IMG/VR virus record: IMGVR_UViG_3300045988_055374
DNA: 39,701 nucleotides
DNA from: a virus
Direction: 5' to 3' (one strand)
The notes under the pieces: generated by a model
What the model saw: the letters and a program-made list of their open reading frames with translations, nothing else
What the model was told of the DNA's origin: nothing
Databases searched by the model: none
Made by a program: the position numbers and the translations under genes
In this document: positions 7,283 to 15,845 of the stretch, in pieces
Position numbering within the stretch: the stretch's first letter is position 1
Layout: each line of letters begins with the position of its first letter

Positions 7283-7507
7283 ATGTCAAGGAAAATCACA
7301 CCGGAAGAACTGGTTGACGCAGAGATTGAGCGCCTGAAGAAAACGGACGCTGTGAAGCTGGCGCAGAAGGAGCAGCGGCTTTTGTACCGCAAGCGGAAAT
7401 ACCTTGCTGATCTGCGCTGGCTGGAAAAGCGCGGCAAGGCGCTGATGGCCGATGGCTGGACGCTGGACACGCTGGAGCTGCTGTTCAGGGACATCCCGGA
7501 GGAATAA
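7283..7507 (+). CDS. Hypothetical protein (74 aa)
   Basis: RBS agaaggagg upstream. Confidence 0.55.
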   Translation: MSRKITPEELVDAEIERLKKTDAVKLAQKEQRLLYRKRKYLADLRWLEKRGKALMADGWTLDTLELLFRDIPEE

Positions 7508-7567
7508 CCAGCATTCGGACAACCAATGACCGAATAGGTTAAATCATAACAGAAAGGGAGTGTTTTT

Positions 7568-7792
7568 GTGAAAAGTCAAAGTCAGGATGTCTATGGTGAA
7601 CCGAGGGTTTTCAAGTTTCCGGGTCTGACGGCGTATGTCTACCAACCAATCCTGACGGACGAAGAAAGAGCCAGGCGCATGAAGGTCATCGAAGCTGCCG
7701 CAGCGGCGGTGCTGATCGAACAAGAACAACGAAGGAGAAAAAGAGCCAATGAAGAGAGTAAAAACGAGAAACCAGCGCAAGCGGGCTTTTAA
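7568..7792 (+). CDS. Hypothetical protein (74 aa, GTG start)
   Basis: RBS aaagggag lies 7 nt before the GTG. Confidence 0.5.
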   Translation: MKSQSQDVYGEPRVFKFPGLTAYVYQPILTDEERARRMKVIEAAAAAVLIEQEQRRRKRANEESKNEKPAQAGF

Positions 7793-7952
7793 GGACGCTT
7801 GCCTGACGGCCCTGATGGTGCTGCTCCTGGTGGCGGTGGCCGTGCTGGCCATGCGGACATGGGTTGAGAGCCCGGCAGAGCGACCGGTCACCTATGAGCA
7901 GCACATAGCCCACATTCAGGCGGTAGGCGGTGATTCCCATGTACGCACCTGA
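7749..7952 (+). CDS. Small single-pass membrane protein (67 aa)
   Basis: Hydrophobic helix CLTALMVLLLVAVAVLAM. RBS ggaga upstream. Confidence 0.45.
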   Translation: MKRVKTRNQRKRAFKDACLTALMVLLLVAVAVLAMRTWVESPAERPVTYEQHIAHIQAVGGDSHVRT

Positions 7953-8136
7953 CAATTACAGCCAGTGGGAAGCACGCGAAAGACAAGCCGAAGCGCGGCT
8001 TGCAAGGCGGCCTGTGTGCTATGAGTGCGGCGAACACATACAGGACGATGAATGCTGGGAGATGAACGGCGAACTTATCTGCACGGACTGTCTTGAAACA
8101 AACCACAAGAAATGTACGGAGGATTACATAGAATGA
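7939..8136 (+). CDS. Small zinc-ribbon protein
   Basis: CYECG...CTDC pairs. Its stop overlaps the start of the methyltransferase (ATGA). Confidence 0.5.
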   Translation: MYAPDNYSQWEARERQAEARLARRPVCYECGEHIQDDECWEMNGELICTDCLETNHKKCTEDYIE

Positions 8137-8828
8137 AGGTTCTTGAACTTTTCGCCGGGACGCGAAGCATCGGCAAGGCCTTTGAAGCCCACGGTCACGA
8201 AGTGTTTTCTGTCGAGTGGGACAAGCACTTTGAAAACATTGACCTGTATGCCGACATCATGACGGTCACGGCTGATGACATCATTCAGCGGTTCGGCAGA
8301 CCGGATGTTATATGGGCAAGCCCGGACTGCACGACATTCAGCATTGCGGCAATCAGCCATCACAGGCGCAAGAACGCCGTTACCGGCAATCTTGATCCCG
8401 TCAGCGAATACGCGAGGTTCTGCGATGCGGTCGATCAGCATGTTTTACAGCTTATCCGTGAGCTGAAACCGAAGTTTTACTTCATCGAAAATCCCCGTGG
8501 TGGCATGAGAAAGATGACCTGGATGCAGGGACTTCCCCGTTACACAGTCACATACTGCCAGTATGGTGACACAAGAATGAAGCCTACCGACATTTGGACA
8601 AACCACCCGTTCCCGAGGTTTAAGCCCATCTGCAAAAACGGCGACCCATGCCACGAAAGAGCGCCACGCTCTGCCACCCTACGAAAGCTAAAAGAACAGG
8701 GGGTTTATATCCAAGTTGGCGGCACACAGTACGGCATGAGGGGCAGCAAAGAAAGAAGCGTTATCCCGGAAGCACTGTGCCAGCACATTGTAGAAATCTG
8801 CGAAAAACCTTATGACATTCTGTTTTAG
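8133..8828 (+). CDS. Compact DNA (cytosine-5) methyltransferase-like protein (231 aa)
   Basis: Motif I ELFAGTRSIG, motif IV SPDCTTFS (catalytic Cys), motif VI FIENPRG, motif VIII-like CQYGDTRMKPT, C-terminal RSVIPEAL. RBS ggagg upstream. Confidence 0.8.
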   Translation: MKVLELFAGTRSIGKAFEAHGHEVFSVEWDKHFENIDLYADIMTVTADDIIQRFGRPDVIWASPDCTTFSIAAISHHRRKNAVTGNLDPVSEYARFCDAVDQHVLQLIRELKPKFYFIENPRGGMRKMTWMQGLPRYTVTYCQYGDTRMKPTDIWTNHPFPRFKPICKNGDPCHERAPRSATLRKLKEQGVYIQVGGTQYGMRGSKERSVIPEALCQHIVEICEKPYDILF

Positions 8829-8881
8829 TGCCACGGTCAGCCCCAAATCTGCTAAATCTCAAAATCTTTGGAGGTTTAGCA

Positions 8882-9733
8882 ATGAAAGAGTACAAGAGTT
8901 TTTACAAGGAAGTCACCGGCAACGAAGGCGGCAAATGCCACTACAACAAGCGCCTGGACACCTATGGTTGCGGATGTGCCCACGATTGTTCTTACTGCTA
9001 TGCAAAGTCTCTGTTGAGCTTCCGGGGCTTGTGGGACGCTGTGGAGCCGTCTGTTGCAAGCCTGGCAAGGATCGAGCGCAAGATTGCGAAGCTGGAACCG
9101 GGAACCATCGTCCGGCTTGGTGGGATGACAGATTGCTTCCAGCCGATGGAGCGCCGGGAGCGGATCACCAAAGGCACAATCGAGCTGCTGAACAAGTACG
9201 GCATCGGCTACCTGATCGTTACGAAGTCTGACCTGGTGTGTGAATACATGAGCATTCTTGACAAGCGGCTTGCACACATTCAGATCAGCACGACATGGAT
9301 TCCGGCAGAAAAGGCCGTCAGCACGGAACGCCGGATTAAAGCCATTGAAACGCTGTACGCTGCCGGGTTTGATGTGGCTGTCAGGCTGTCCCCCTTCCTT
9401 CCGCAGTTCGTGGACTTTGACCGGCTGAACAGCATCAAGTGCAACAAGATCATCGTGGAGTTTCTGCGGGTGAATCACTGGATCAAGAAATGGTTGCCGC
9501 TGGACTATTCGGATTACACCGTTAAGCAATCCGGCTATCAGCACCTGCCGCTGGGAAAGAAAATCGAATACCTTGCGAAAGTCACCGGCTTTGATGAAGT
9601 GTCCGTCTGCGAGGATGTATCGGAACATTACGAATATTGGAAAGAATCAGTAAATCACAATAAGGAAGATTGCTGCAATCTCAGGAAGGAGTGTTTGAGT
9701 GAGCATCACAAAAGTAAAAACGGCCAGCCATGA
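8882..9733 (+). CDS. Radical SAM protein of the SplB / spore-photoproduct-lyase-like (COG1533-type) family
   Basis: CX3CX2C cluster in YGCGCAHDCSYCYAKS. TDCFQPME resembles the family's TDPYQPxE. RBS ggagg before the ATG at 8882. Confidence 0.75.
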   Translation: MKEYKSFYKEVTGNEGGKCHYNKRLDTYGCGCAHDCSYCYAKSLLSFRGLWDAVEPSVASLARIERKIAKLEPGTIVRLGGMTDCFQPMERRERITKGTIELLNKYGIGYLIVTKSDLVCEYMSILDKRLAHIQISTTWIPAEKAVSTERRIKAIETLYAAGFDVAVRLSPFLPQFVDFDRLNSIKCNKIIVEFLRVNHWIKKWLPLDYSDYTVKQSGYQHLPLGKKIEYLAKVTGFDEVSVCEDVSEHYEYWKESVNHNKEDCCNLRKECLSEHHKSKNGQP

Positions 9734-10631
9734 AGAATGGAAAGAGCTGCGAAGCCATTATATAGGTGGCAGCGATGCGGCGGCGGTTGTCGGCTTGAAT
9801 GCCTTTTCTTCCCCCTATGCGCTGTGGGCGGAAAAGACAGGTAAAGCCCCTGGATTTTCCGGGAATCTTGCAACGGAAGTCGGTACATACCTTGAAGAAT
9901 TCGTTGCACAGAAGTTCGCCGCCGAAACCGGGAAGAAGGTTAGAAAGAGCAATCAGAGCTTCTTCAACAGTGATTACCCGTGGGCGATTGCGAATATTGA
10001 CCGGGAGATCATCGGCGAGGATGCCGGGCTTGAAATCAAAACCACTTCCGAACTGAATATGAAGAAATTCAGGGGCGGCGAGTACCCAGCAAATTATTAC
10101 TGCCAGTGTGTTCACTACCTTGCAATGACCGGGAAACAGCGGTGGTATCTTGCCGTCCTGATCGGCAACCGGGATTTCAGGTGGTTCACCATTGAGCGAG
10201 ACGAAGCCGAGATTGCCGCCCTAATGGCCGCAGAAGCGGACTTTTGGGAGATGGTGAAGAATAACACCCCTCCCGTTGCGGATGGCTCACAGGCCACCAC
10301 AGCGGCCATTAAGACCATTTATGCGGAAAGCAACGAGGACACCGTTGACCTGACGCTGGAAAACACGGCGCTTGCGCAGTACATAGCAATCGGAAAGCAG
10401 ATTGCAGAGCTGGAATCCATGCGGGACGAAGCCGCAAACAAGATCAAGTCCTTCATGGGCGATGCTGGCGGCGGCGAGTGTGACGGTTTCCGGGTTTCGT
10501 GGAAGTCCAGCACACGGCGCACATTTGACAGCAAGCGGTTTGCGAAGGAAAATCCTGGTCTTGACCTGGCCGGATATTACAAAGAAACATCCACCCGCAC
10601 ATTCCGGGTGACAGAACTGAAAGGAGAATGA
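9699..10631 (+). CDS. YqaJ-type (lambda Exo-like) recombination exonuclease
   Basis: GGSDAAAVVGLNAFSSPYALWAEKTGK and EIKTT PD-(D/E)XK motifs. GTG start after aggaagga. Confidence 0.85.
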   Translation: MSITKVKTASHEEWKELRSHYIGGSDAAAVVGLNAFSSPYALWAEKTGKAPGFSGNLATEVGTYLEEFVAQKFAAETGKKVRKSNQSFFNSDYPWAIANIDREIIGEDAGLEIKTTSELNMKKFRGGEYPANYYCQCVHYLAMTGKQRWYLAVLIGNRDFRWFTIERDEAEIAALMAAEADFWEMVKNNTPPVADGSQATTAAIKTIYAESNEDTVDLTLENTALAQYIAIGKQIAELESMRDEAANKIKSFMGDAGGGECDGFRVSWKSSTRRTFDSKRFAKENPGLDLAGYYKETSTRTFRVTELKGE

Positions 10632-10636
10632 CAATT

Positions 10637-11446
10637 ATGGCAAACATCATCCAAAAGCAGCAGAACGAAATGAAGGCCCCGGAGAGAAAGACCATGCAGC
10701 AGTACATCAAGAGCATGGAAGGCGAGATTGCAAAGGCGCTGCCCTCCGTCATCACGCCGGAGCGGTTTACCAGGATCGTGCTTTCTGCAATCTCTGTCAA
10801 TCCGAAGCTGGGGAGCTGCACCCCGGCCAGCTTCCTTGGCGCAATGATGACCAGCGCACAGCTTGGCCTTGAAGTCAACACGCCGCTTGGACAGGCCTAT
10901 GTCCTGCCCTACAACAACAAGGGGACACTGGAAGCGCAGTTCCAGCTTGGCTACAAGGGCCTTATTGATTTGGCCTACCGTTCCGGCGAAGTGGAAGTCA
11001 TTCAGGCCCATGTTGTCTACGCCAACGATGAATTCACCTGCGAATATGGCCTTGAACCGAAGCTGACGCACAAACCGGCTGACACGAACCGGGGCGAGCC
11101 TATCAAGGTTTATGCCGTATTCAAGACGAAAAGCGGCGGTTATGGCTTTGAAGTCATGAGCATGGAAGATGTGCGGAAACACGCTGAGAAATACAGCAAG
11201 GCCTACGGCAGCAGCTATTCCCCGTGGAAAACCAACTTTGAGGAAATGGCGAAAAAGACCGTTCTGAAGCGTGTCCTGAAATATGCGCCGCTGAAGTCCG
11301 ATTTTGTCCGGGCGGCGGTGCAGGATGAAGTCATCAAGCACGAAATTTCCGATGATATGTATTCCGTGCCGAATGAAACCGTCTTTGATGCCGAATTCTC
11401 CGAGGTTGACGAAGCCACCGGCGAAGTCGTAAGCAAGGGGGAATGA
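10637..11446 (+). CDS. recT: RecT-family single-strand annealing protein
   Basis: PERFTRIVLSAISVNPKL...GQAYVLPY...FQLGYKGLIDLAYRSG is the typical RecT core. Confidence 0.85.
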   Translation: MANIIQKQQNEMKAPERKTMQQYIKSMEGEIAKALPSVITPERFTRIVLSAISVNPKLGSCTPASFLGAMMTSAQLGLEVNTPLGQAYVLPYNNKGTLEAQFQLGYKGLIDLAYRSGEVEVIQAHVVYANDEFTCEYGLEPKLTHKPADTNRGEPIKVYAVFKTKSGGYGFEVMSMEDVRKHAEKYSKAYGSSYSPWKTNFEEMAKKTVLKRVLKYAPLKSDFVRAAVQDEVIKHEISDDMYSVPNETVFDAEFSEVDEATGEVVSKGE

Positions 11447-11458
11447 CTTATCAACAAG

Positions 11459-11845
11459 GTGGTTTTAATTGGCCGCTTGACGGCTGATCCCGACATCCGG
11501 CGCACGCAGTCCGGCAAGTGTGTTGCTTCCTATCGCTTGGCGGTGGACAGGCCTTTCAAGTCTGACGGCCAGCCGGAAGCGGATTTCATCAACTGCGTTG
11601 CTTGGGGCAAAAACGGCGAGTTTTGCCAAAGATACCTTCACAAAGGCATGAAGATTGCCCTTGAAGGCCGTATTCAGACCAGAACCTATGACGACAAGGA
11701 CGGCAAAAAAGTCTATGTGACTGAAATCATTGTCGAACACCACGAATTCTGTGAAAGCAAGAAGCAGAGCGATTCCGGCAGCTATGCGGAACCGGCGCAA
11801 GGCTTCACAGAGATTGACGAAGATGACAGTGATCTGCCGTTCTGA
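11459..11845 (+). CDS. ssb: Single-stranded DNA-binding protein
   Basis: OB-fold pattern LIGRLTADPD...FINCVAWGK...RIQTRTYDDKDGKKVYVTEI and an acidic tail DDSDLPF. The start is uncertain: the GTG at 11459 has a distant RBS, and the frame is open from 11447. Confidence 0.9.
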   Translation: MVLIGRLTADPDIRRTQSGKCVASYRLAVDRPFKSDGQPEADFINCVAWGKNGEFCQRYLHKGMKIALEGRIQTRTYDDKDGKKVYVTEIIVEHHEFCESKKQSDSGSYAEPAQGFTEIDEDDSDLPF

Positions 11846-11859
11846 AAGGAGAATAAAAC

Positions 11860-12036
11860 ATGAATAAGACTAAGACCAATCATCAGACCGGCTATCACAA
11901 GCCTGTTGTCAATCCCACTACCAACTATCAGAAGGACAGCCACAAAGCTTTCTGTAAGCGCTGCTTGGAGAGATACCACGAAGGCATTTGCCCTATCACG
12001 CACAGCAAGAATCCTTCCGGTCGGTGTGATCTCTGA
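11860..12036 (+). CDS. Hypothetical 58-aa Cys/His-containing protein (not in the ORF track)
   Basis: RBS gaaaggag lies 8 nt upstream. Its stop overlaps the next ORF. Confidence 0.45.
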   Translation: MNKTKTNHQTGYHKPVVNPTTNYQKDSHKAFCKRCLERYHEGICPITHSKNPSGRCDL

Positions 12037-12050
12037 TGGGGGGTGACGAA

Positions 12051-12554
12051 ATGAATTATACCAAGGCGCAAAAGGAAGTTTTTGATGCACTGTGCAGCGG
12101 TAAACGCGCAGGGCGGTTTGATATTGACGGGAATAACATTTTTGTTTCACCGGATGGATTCAGAGCATACATATTCCCCAAAAATATTATCTGCTTCGGC
12201 CTTGAAAAAATCGCTGAATTGAAGCAGTTTCCGGTCAAAGAGCTTATTCAAGATCAGTATCAATTAACGCTTACGCCGGATTTGAGAATCATTGACGCAC
12301 ACCGAACAGCAAGACGGCTAAAGGGTGATGGGAAAAATGTTCTTGTCAATGTGAAATTTCTTTCCTGCTTCCAAAATCCGAGGTTCTACCAAGCAAAAAA
12401 ACCCAGTTTCCGGAATCGTAGTTACAGAGCCGGTTTACCGTGGGCGTGGGGAAATAGAGGAAATCCCGGTTGGGTATTTGCTTCCGATTCGTGCCAACGA
12501 AGTTCAGGGGGACTATTACTCCTACGCAGATTCGTTAAAGGAGGAAGATTCTAA
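12051..12554 (+). CDS. Hypothetical protein, probably frameshifted at an A7 run (12395..12401)
   Basis: The N-terminal 117 aa look normal. After the A7 run the annotated frame becomes R/G/W-rich junk, while the +1 frame reads NPVSGIVVTEPVYRGRGEIEEIPVGYLLPIRANEVQGDYYSYADSLKEEDS and stays open to 12591. Confidence 0.5.
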   Translation: MNYTKAQKEVFDALCSGKRAGRFDIDGNNIFVSPDGFRAYIFPKNIICFGLEKIAELKQFPVKELIQDQYQLTLTPDLRIIDAHRTARRLKGDGKNVLVNVKFLSCFQNPRFYQAKKPSFRNRSYRAGLPWAWGNRGNPGWVFASDSCQRSSGGLLLLRRFVKGGRF

Positions 12555-12955
12555 TGCCCGTGAACAGCAAACAGAAGGGCGCACGATTTGAACGGCTGCT
12601 TGCTTCAAAATTCCGTGAATACGGCTATGATGCCAGACGCACAGCGCAATACTGCGGCAACACTGGTGATGCTTCCGATGTTGTAGGCCTTAATGGCCTA
12701 CACATCGAAGCAAAACACCAGGAGACTATGCGCCTTTATGACTGGATGGCACAGGCAAAGCGGGACGCTGAAGCTGGCGGCGAAGGTAGACTTCCGGCTG
12801 TGTTCCACAAGAAAAACAATGCGCCGATCCTTGTAACAATGGAACTTGACGATTTCATGAATCTTTACAGGGAATGGGAAGCTGGCTTTGATCTATACGC
12901 AAGAAAGGACGGTGAACCGAATGACACAATGCGAAAGAATCATCAGGCACCTTGA
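12554..12955 (+). CDS. PD-(D/E)XK nuclease, putative Holliday junction resolvase
   Basis: KGARFERLLASKFREYGY...DASDVVGLNGLHIEAKH gives a D...ExK active-site pattern. Confidence 0.6.
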   Translation: MPVNSKQKGARFERLLASKFREYGYDARRTAQYCGNTGDASDVVGLNGLHIEAKHQETMRLYDWMAQAKRDAEAGGEGRLPAVFHKKNNAPILVTMELDDFMNLYREWEAGFDLYARKDGEPNDTMRKNHQAP

Positions 12956-13142
12956 AGATTACGGCAGTATCACCAGCGCAACCGCGATGGAGGAATACGG
13001 CATCATGCGGCTTGCGTCCAGGATCAGCGACCTGAAAAAGCAGGGTGTTTCCATTAAGACAGAGATTGTCAGCGGCAAGAACCGCTACGGTGAGCGGACA
13101 AGCTACGCCCGGTATTCTTTGGGGGGCGGCAAGTGTGGCTGA
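12921..13142 (+). CDS. Small winged-helix/HTH DNA-binding protein
   Basis: MTQCERIIRHLEDYGSITSATAMEEYGIMRLASRISDLKKQG is a common phage HTH pattern. Confidence 0.6.
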   Translation: MTQCERIIRHLEDYGSITSATAMEEYGIMRLASRISDLKKQGVSIKTEIVSGKNRYGERTSYARYSLGGGKCG

Positions 13143-13980
13143 TGTAAAGTGGATTAAGATCACAACGGATATGTTCGACAACCGCAAAATCAAGCACCTG
13201 CGGCGGCTCCCGGACGGAAACAACATCGTCCTGATTTGGGTGATGCTGCTGACAATGGCCGGGCGGTGCAATTCCGGTGGAATGATCTTTCTGACCGAAA
13301 ATATCCCCTACACGCCGAAAATGCTTGCTGATGAATTGGACTTTGAAGAAAACACCGTCCGTCTTGCGCTGGAAGCACTTGAACAGCTTGGCATGGTGGT
13401 GACAGACAACGGCTACTTTGCAATCGCCGGATGGGAAGAGCATCAAAACATTGAAGGCATGGATAAAATCAGGGAAAGCAAGCGCCTTGCGCAAGCCAGA
13501 TGGAGGGCAAAACAAAAGGCGCTTCAATCTACCGTAGATTCTACGAGATGTCTTGTAGACGATGCAGAAGAAGATATAGAAGAAGAAAGAGAAGAAGAAA
13601 TAGAAAGAGATAAGATAGATTATAAGGGAATCGTAGCCACCTTCAATTCTGTCTGTGTCTCCTTCCCTTCTGTAAGGGCTTTATCTGATGCACGGAAGAA
13701 AGCAATAAAAGCCCGGCTGAACAACTATTCTGTTGAGGACTTCAAAACGCTGTTTGAAAAGGCCGAAGCATCGTCTTTCTTAAAGGGAAAAAACAGCAGT
13801 AATTGGTCAGCTACATTTGATTGGCTCATTAAGGATTCCAATATGGCAAAAGTCCTTGATGGCAACTACGATGACAGGGCCGGAAGCCCAGGCCCAAACC
13901 ATCAGCCCTATCACAAGCAATCCAAGGCTGAAGAACTGGATGACTTCTACAAGATGGCTGCGGAATGGAGTGAATCATGA
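13135..13980 (+). CDS. Phage replisome organizer
   Basis: N-terminal WIKITTDMFDNRKIKHLRRLPDGNNIVLIWVMLL matches the replisome-organizer N-domain pattern. Acidic linker. GTG start. Confidence 0.8.
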   Translation: MADVKWIKITTDMFDNRKIKHLRRLPDGNNIVLIWVMLLTMAGRCNSGGMIFLTENIPYTPKMLADELDFEENTVRLALEALEQLGMVVTDNGYFAIAGWEEHQNIEGMDKIRESKRLAQARWRAKQKALQSTVDSTRCLVDDAEEDIEEEREEEIERDKIDYKGIVATFNSVCVSFPSVRALSDARKKAIKARLNNYSVEDFKTLFEKAEASSFLKGKNSSNWSATFDWLIKDSNMAKVLDGNYDDRAGSPGPNHQPYHKQSKAEELDDFYKMAAEWSES

Positions 13981-14174
13981 AATATCCCTGTAAAGGCTGC
14001 GCGGAAAGAGCCGCTGGGTGTCACGACACTTGCAAGAAATACATAGACGCAAAGACGATCATTGAAAGCGAGAATAGCACGATCAAAAGGGCGAAGATGG
14101 AACAAAGGGCTTTCGATGATTACAAAGTGGGGATCGTGACATCAACAAAGAAAAAAACAAGGGGGTGCAAGTAA
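13977..14174 (+). CDS. Small Cys-rich hypothetical protein (65 aa)
   Basis: CKGC...C...C motif. Its start overlaps the upstream stop. Confidence 0.5.
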   Translation: MKYPCKGCAERAAGCHDTCKKYIDAKTIIESENSTIKRAKMEQRAFDDYKVGIVTSTKKKTRGCK

Positions 14175-14707
14175 TGGAAAAACGGGAATTTGGATTGTTC
14201 GCTTCTGCAATCCGTACATACTACCCGCGAGAACAGATTCTTCCAAACAAGGAAGCTATGGAACTGTGGTTCCGTGAGCTGCAAGACATTCCCTTCCCTG
14301 TCGCCGAAGCTGTCCTTCGGAAATGGGTGTCAACAAATAAGTGGTCACCTTCTATTGCGGACATCCGGGAGCTGTCTGCCAATGTCCAAAACGGTGACAT
14401 CCCGGATTGGGGCGAAGGGTGGGAAGAAGTTCTGAGGGCAATTAAAAGGCACGGAATGTACAATGTGCAGGGCGCTATGGATAGTTTCTCACCGCTGACC
14501 AGGAAAACCGTTGAACGGCTTGGATTCAGAAATATTTGCATTTCTGAAAACCCGATGGCTGAACGGGCTAATTTCCGGCAGTGCTATGAAATCCTTGCCA
14601 AGCGGGAGCAGGCGCGGCAGCAGGTAGCGCTTCCCTTGCAGGACACGATTAAGCAGCTACAAAGCGGATTCGCTATGATTGAAGAAGGGAGTGAAAATCA
14701 TGATTGA
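14174..14707 (+). CDS. G39P-like replicative helicase loader/inhibitor
   Basis: FASAIRTYYP...AMELWFRELQDIPFPVAEAVLRKWVSTNKWSPSIADIRE matches the G39P family N-terminal pattern. It follows the replisome organizer. Confidence 0.6.
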   Translation: MEKREFGLFASAIRTYYPREQILPNKEAMELWFRELQDIPFPVAEAVLRKWVSTNKWSPSIADIRELSANVQNGDIPDWGEGWEEVLRAIKRHGMYNVQGAMDSFSPLTRKTVERLGFRNICISENPMAERANFRQCYEILAKREQARQQVALPLQDTIKQLQSGFAMIEEGSENHD

Positions 14708-14885
14708 ACTGAATCCCTGCCCGAAGTGTGGGCGTAGACCGCTGTTCGGATATGCTTGCGGGGAATATTTCATTGTGGGGCAGCATGAAGGATGCCCGGT
14801 ATGTGACAATTTCAGAGAAATGCACGCTTCCAGAGAGCAGGAAGCGGAAGCGTGGAACAGGAGGGCTGACAATGACACTAACTGA
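14700..14885 (+). CDS. Lar-family restriction alleviation protein
   Basis: LNPCPKCG...CPVC...EAEAWNRRA is the typical Lar zinc ribbon plus the AWNRR ending. Confidence 0.6.
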   Translation: MIELNPCPKCGRRPLFGYACGEYFIVGQHEGCPVCDNFREMHASREQEAEAWNRRADNDTN

Positions 14886-15021
14886 GATGTTTACAATTTG
14901 TGATTCATGCGTATATGCGCCATGTCTTTGTGGGAATGACCCTGAGAACTGCGTGGCGTATGTGATGAGGACTTCCTGCGGGGCAAAGATGGACGGAGGT
15001 GCTGATGATGCGGCTGGTTGA
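14872..15021 (+). CDS. Small Cys-rich hypothetical protein (49 aa)
   Basis: RBS aggaggg before the ATG at 14872. Confidence 0.4.
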   Translation: MTLTEMFTICDSCVYAPCLCGNDPENCVAYVMRTSCGAKMDGGADDAAG

Positions 15022-15289
15022 CGCTGACCAAATGGCTGTGGAGGAATCAGAGGCCTATATGTCTGCACAGGTGCAGATTACAGACGATTTGAAATGGCTT
15101 GTAAACTTTGCCGCACACAGCAAAATCCAGAGGCTCATAGCCGATACGCCCACCGTTGACGCTGTGCCCGTGGTGCGGTGCCGGGATTGCCGGAAGTTCA
15201 AAACATACGGTTGCCGGATGGTTGCCAGCGGATATGACGATTTCTGCTCCTACGGCGAACGGAAGGACGGTGAAACCGATGGAAGCTGA
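15005..15289 (+). CDS. Conserved-looking prophage protein with a C-terminal Cys cluster
   Basis: RBS ggaggtg. Motif VVRCRDCRKF...C...C. Confidence 0.5.
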   Translation: MMRLVDADQMAVEESEAYMSAQVQITDDLKWLVNFAAHSKIQRLIADTPTVDAVPVVRCRDCRKFKTYGCRMVASGYDDFCSYGERKDGETDGS

Positions 15290-15731
15290 GAAAAACAATT
15301 CTGCAAAGCGATACCTTCAGCAGATCAGGCGGCTTGATACGAAGATCAACCGGGATATTGAAGAACTTCACCGCCTGAAAGCGATGGTCACGAAGATCAC
15401 GCCAACGCTGAAGCAGGATGTTGTTTCTGGCGGTGGCAGTCAGGACAAGCTTTCTGATGCTGTGGCGAAAATTGTTGACCTTGAAGCAGAGATTAACCGG
15501 GAGATTGACCGGCTTGTTGACGCGAGAGCTGCCGTGACAGCGACAATAGACCGAGTGGAGGATGCGCGGCTACATACTGTCTTGAATATGCGCTATGTGC
15601 AGTTCAAAACATGGGAACAGATAGCGTGTTATATGGGGCGTTCTTATCAATGGGTTTGTAAACTTCATGGGACAGCTCTGCAAGCTATTGAAAAAATCAT
15701 CAAAATTTCCGAAGAAAATGACATTAGTTGA
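15279..15731 (+). CDS. Late-gene transcriptional regulator (DUF1492 / ArpU-RinA-like, sigma-70 region-4-like C-terminus)
   Basis: Coiled-coil N-terminal part, then VLNMRYVQFKTWEQIACYMGRSYQWVCKLHGTALQAIEKI. It sits directly upstream of the terminase genes. Confidence 0.6.
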   Translation: MEAEKNNSAKRYLQQIRRLDTKINRDIEELHRLKAMVTKITPTLKQDVVSGGGSQDKLSDAVAKIVDLEAEINREIDRLVDARAAVTATIDRVEDARLHTVLNMRYVQFKTWEQIACYMGRSYQWVCKLHGTALQAIEKIIKISEENDIS

Positions 15732-15737
15732 TAGAAG

Positions 15738-15767
15738 TTTATAGTTGAAATGTGATATTGTTATAAT
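15738..15767 (+). promoter_or_regulatory. Candidate late promoter with extended -10 (TGtTATAAT; -35 TTTATA, 18-nt spacer)
   Basis: Read directly in the AT-rich spacer after the regulator gene. Confidence 0.45.
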
Positions 15768-15804
15768 AGAAAATTTATAGCTTCCGAGGAAGCGCGACTT
15801 TAAT

Positions 15805-15845
15805 AAGCCTGATAGGGTACTTCCCTATTGGGCTTTTTCTATTTC
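15805..15845 (+). terminator. Intrinsic terminator about 40 nt downstream of the candidate late promoter
   Basis: AAGCCTGATAGGG-TACTT-CCCTATTGGGCTT followed by TTTTTCTATTT. It is preceded by a small hairpin GCTTCC-GA-GGAAGC (15780-15793). Confidence 0.65.

Noticed and set aside
11447-11458. Non-canonical ATC start for ssb, giving the typical INKVVLIGRLT N-terminus
   Set aside because: It is attractive because RBS spacing is better than for the GTG at 11459. It cannot be supported from sequence alone, so the GTG coordinates were kept and the uncertainty flagged.
12395-12401. Programmed -1 frameshift on A AAA AAA
   Set aside because: The -1 frame hits a stop after 7 codons (KTQFPES*). Only the +1 frame gives plausible protein, which points to an indel or homopolymer error rather than classic -1 slippage.
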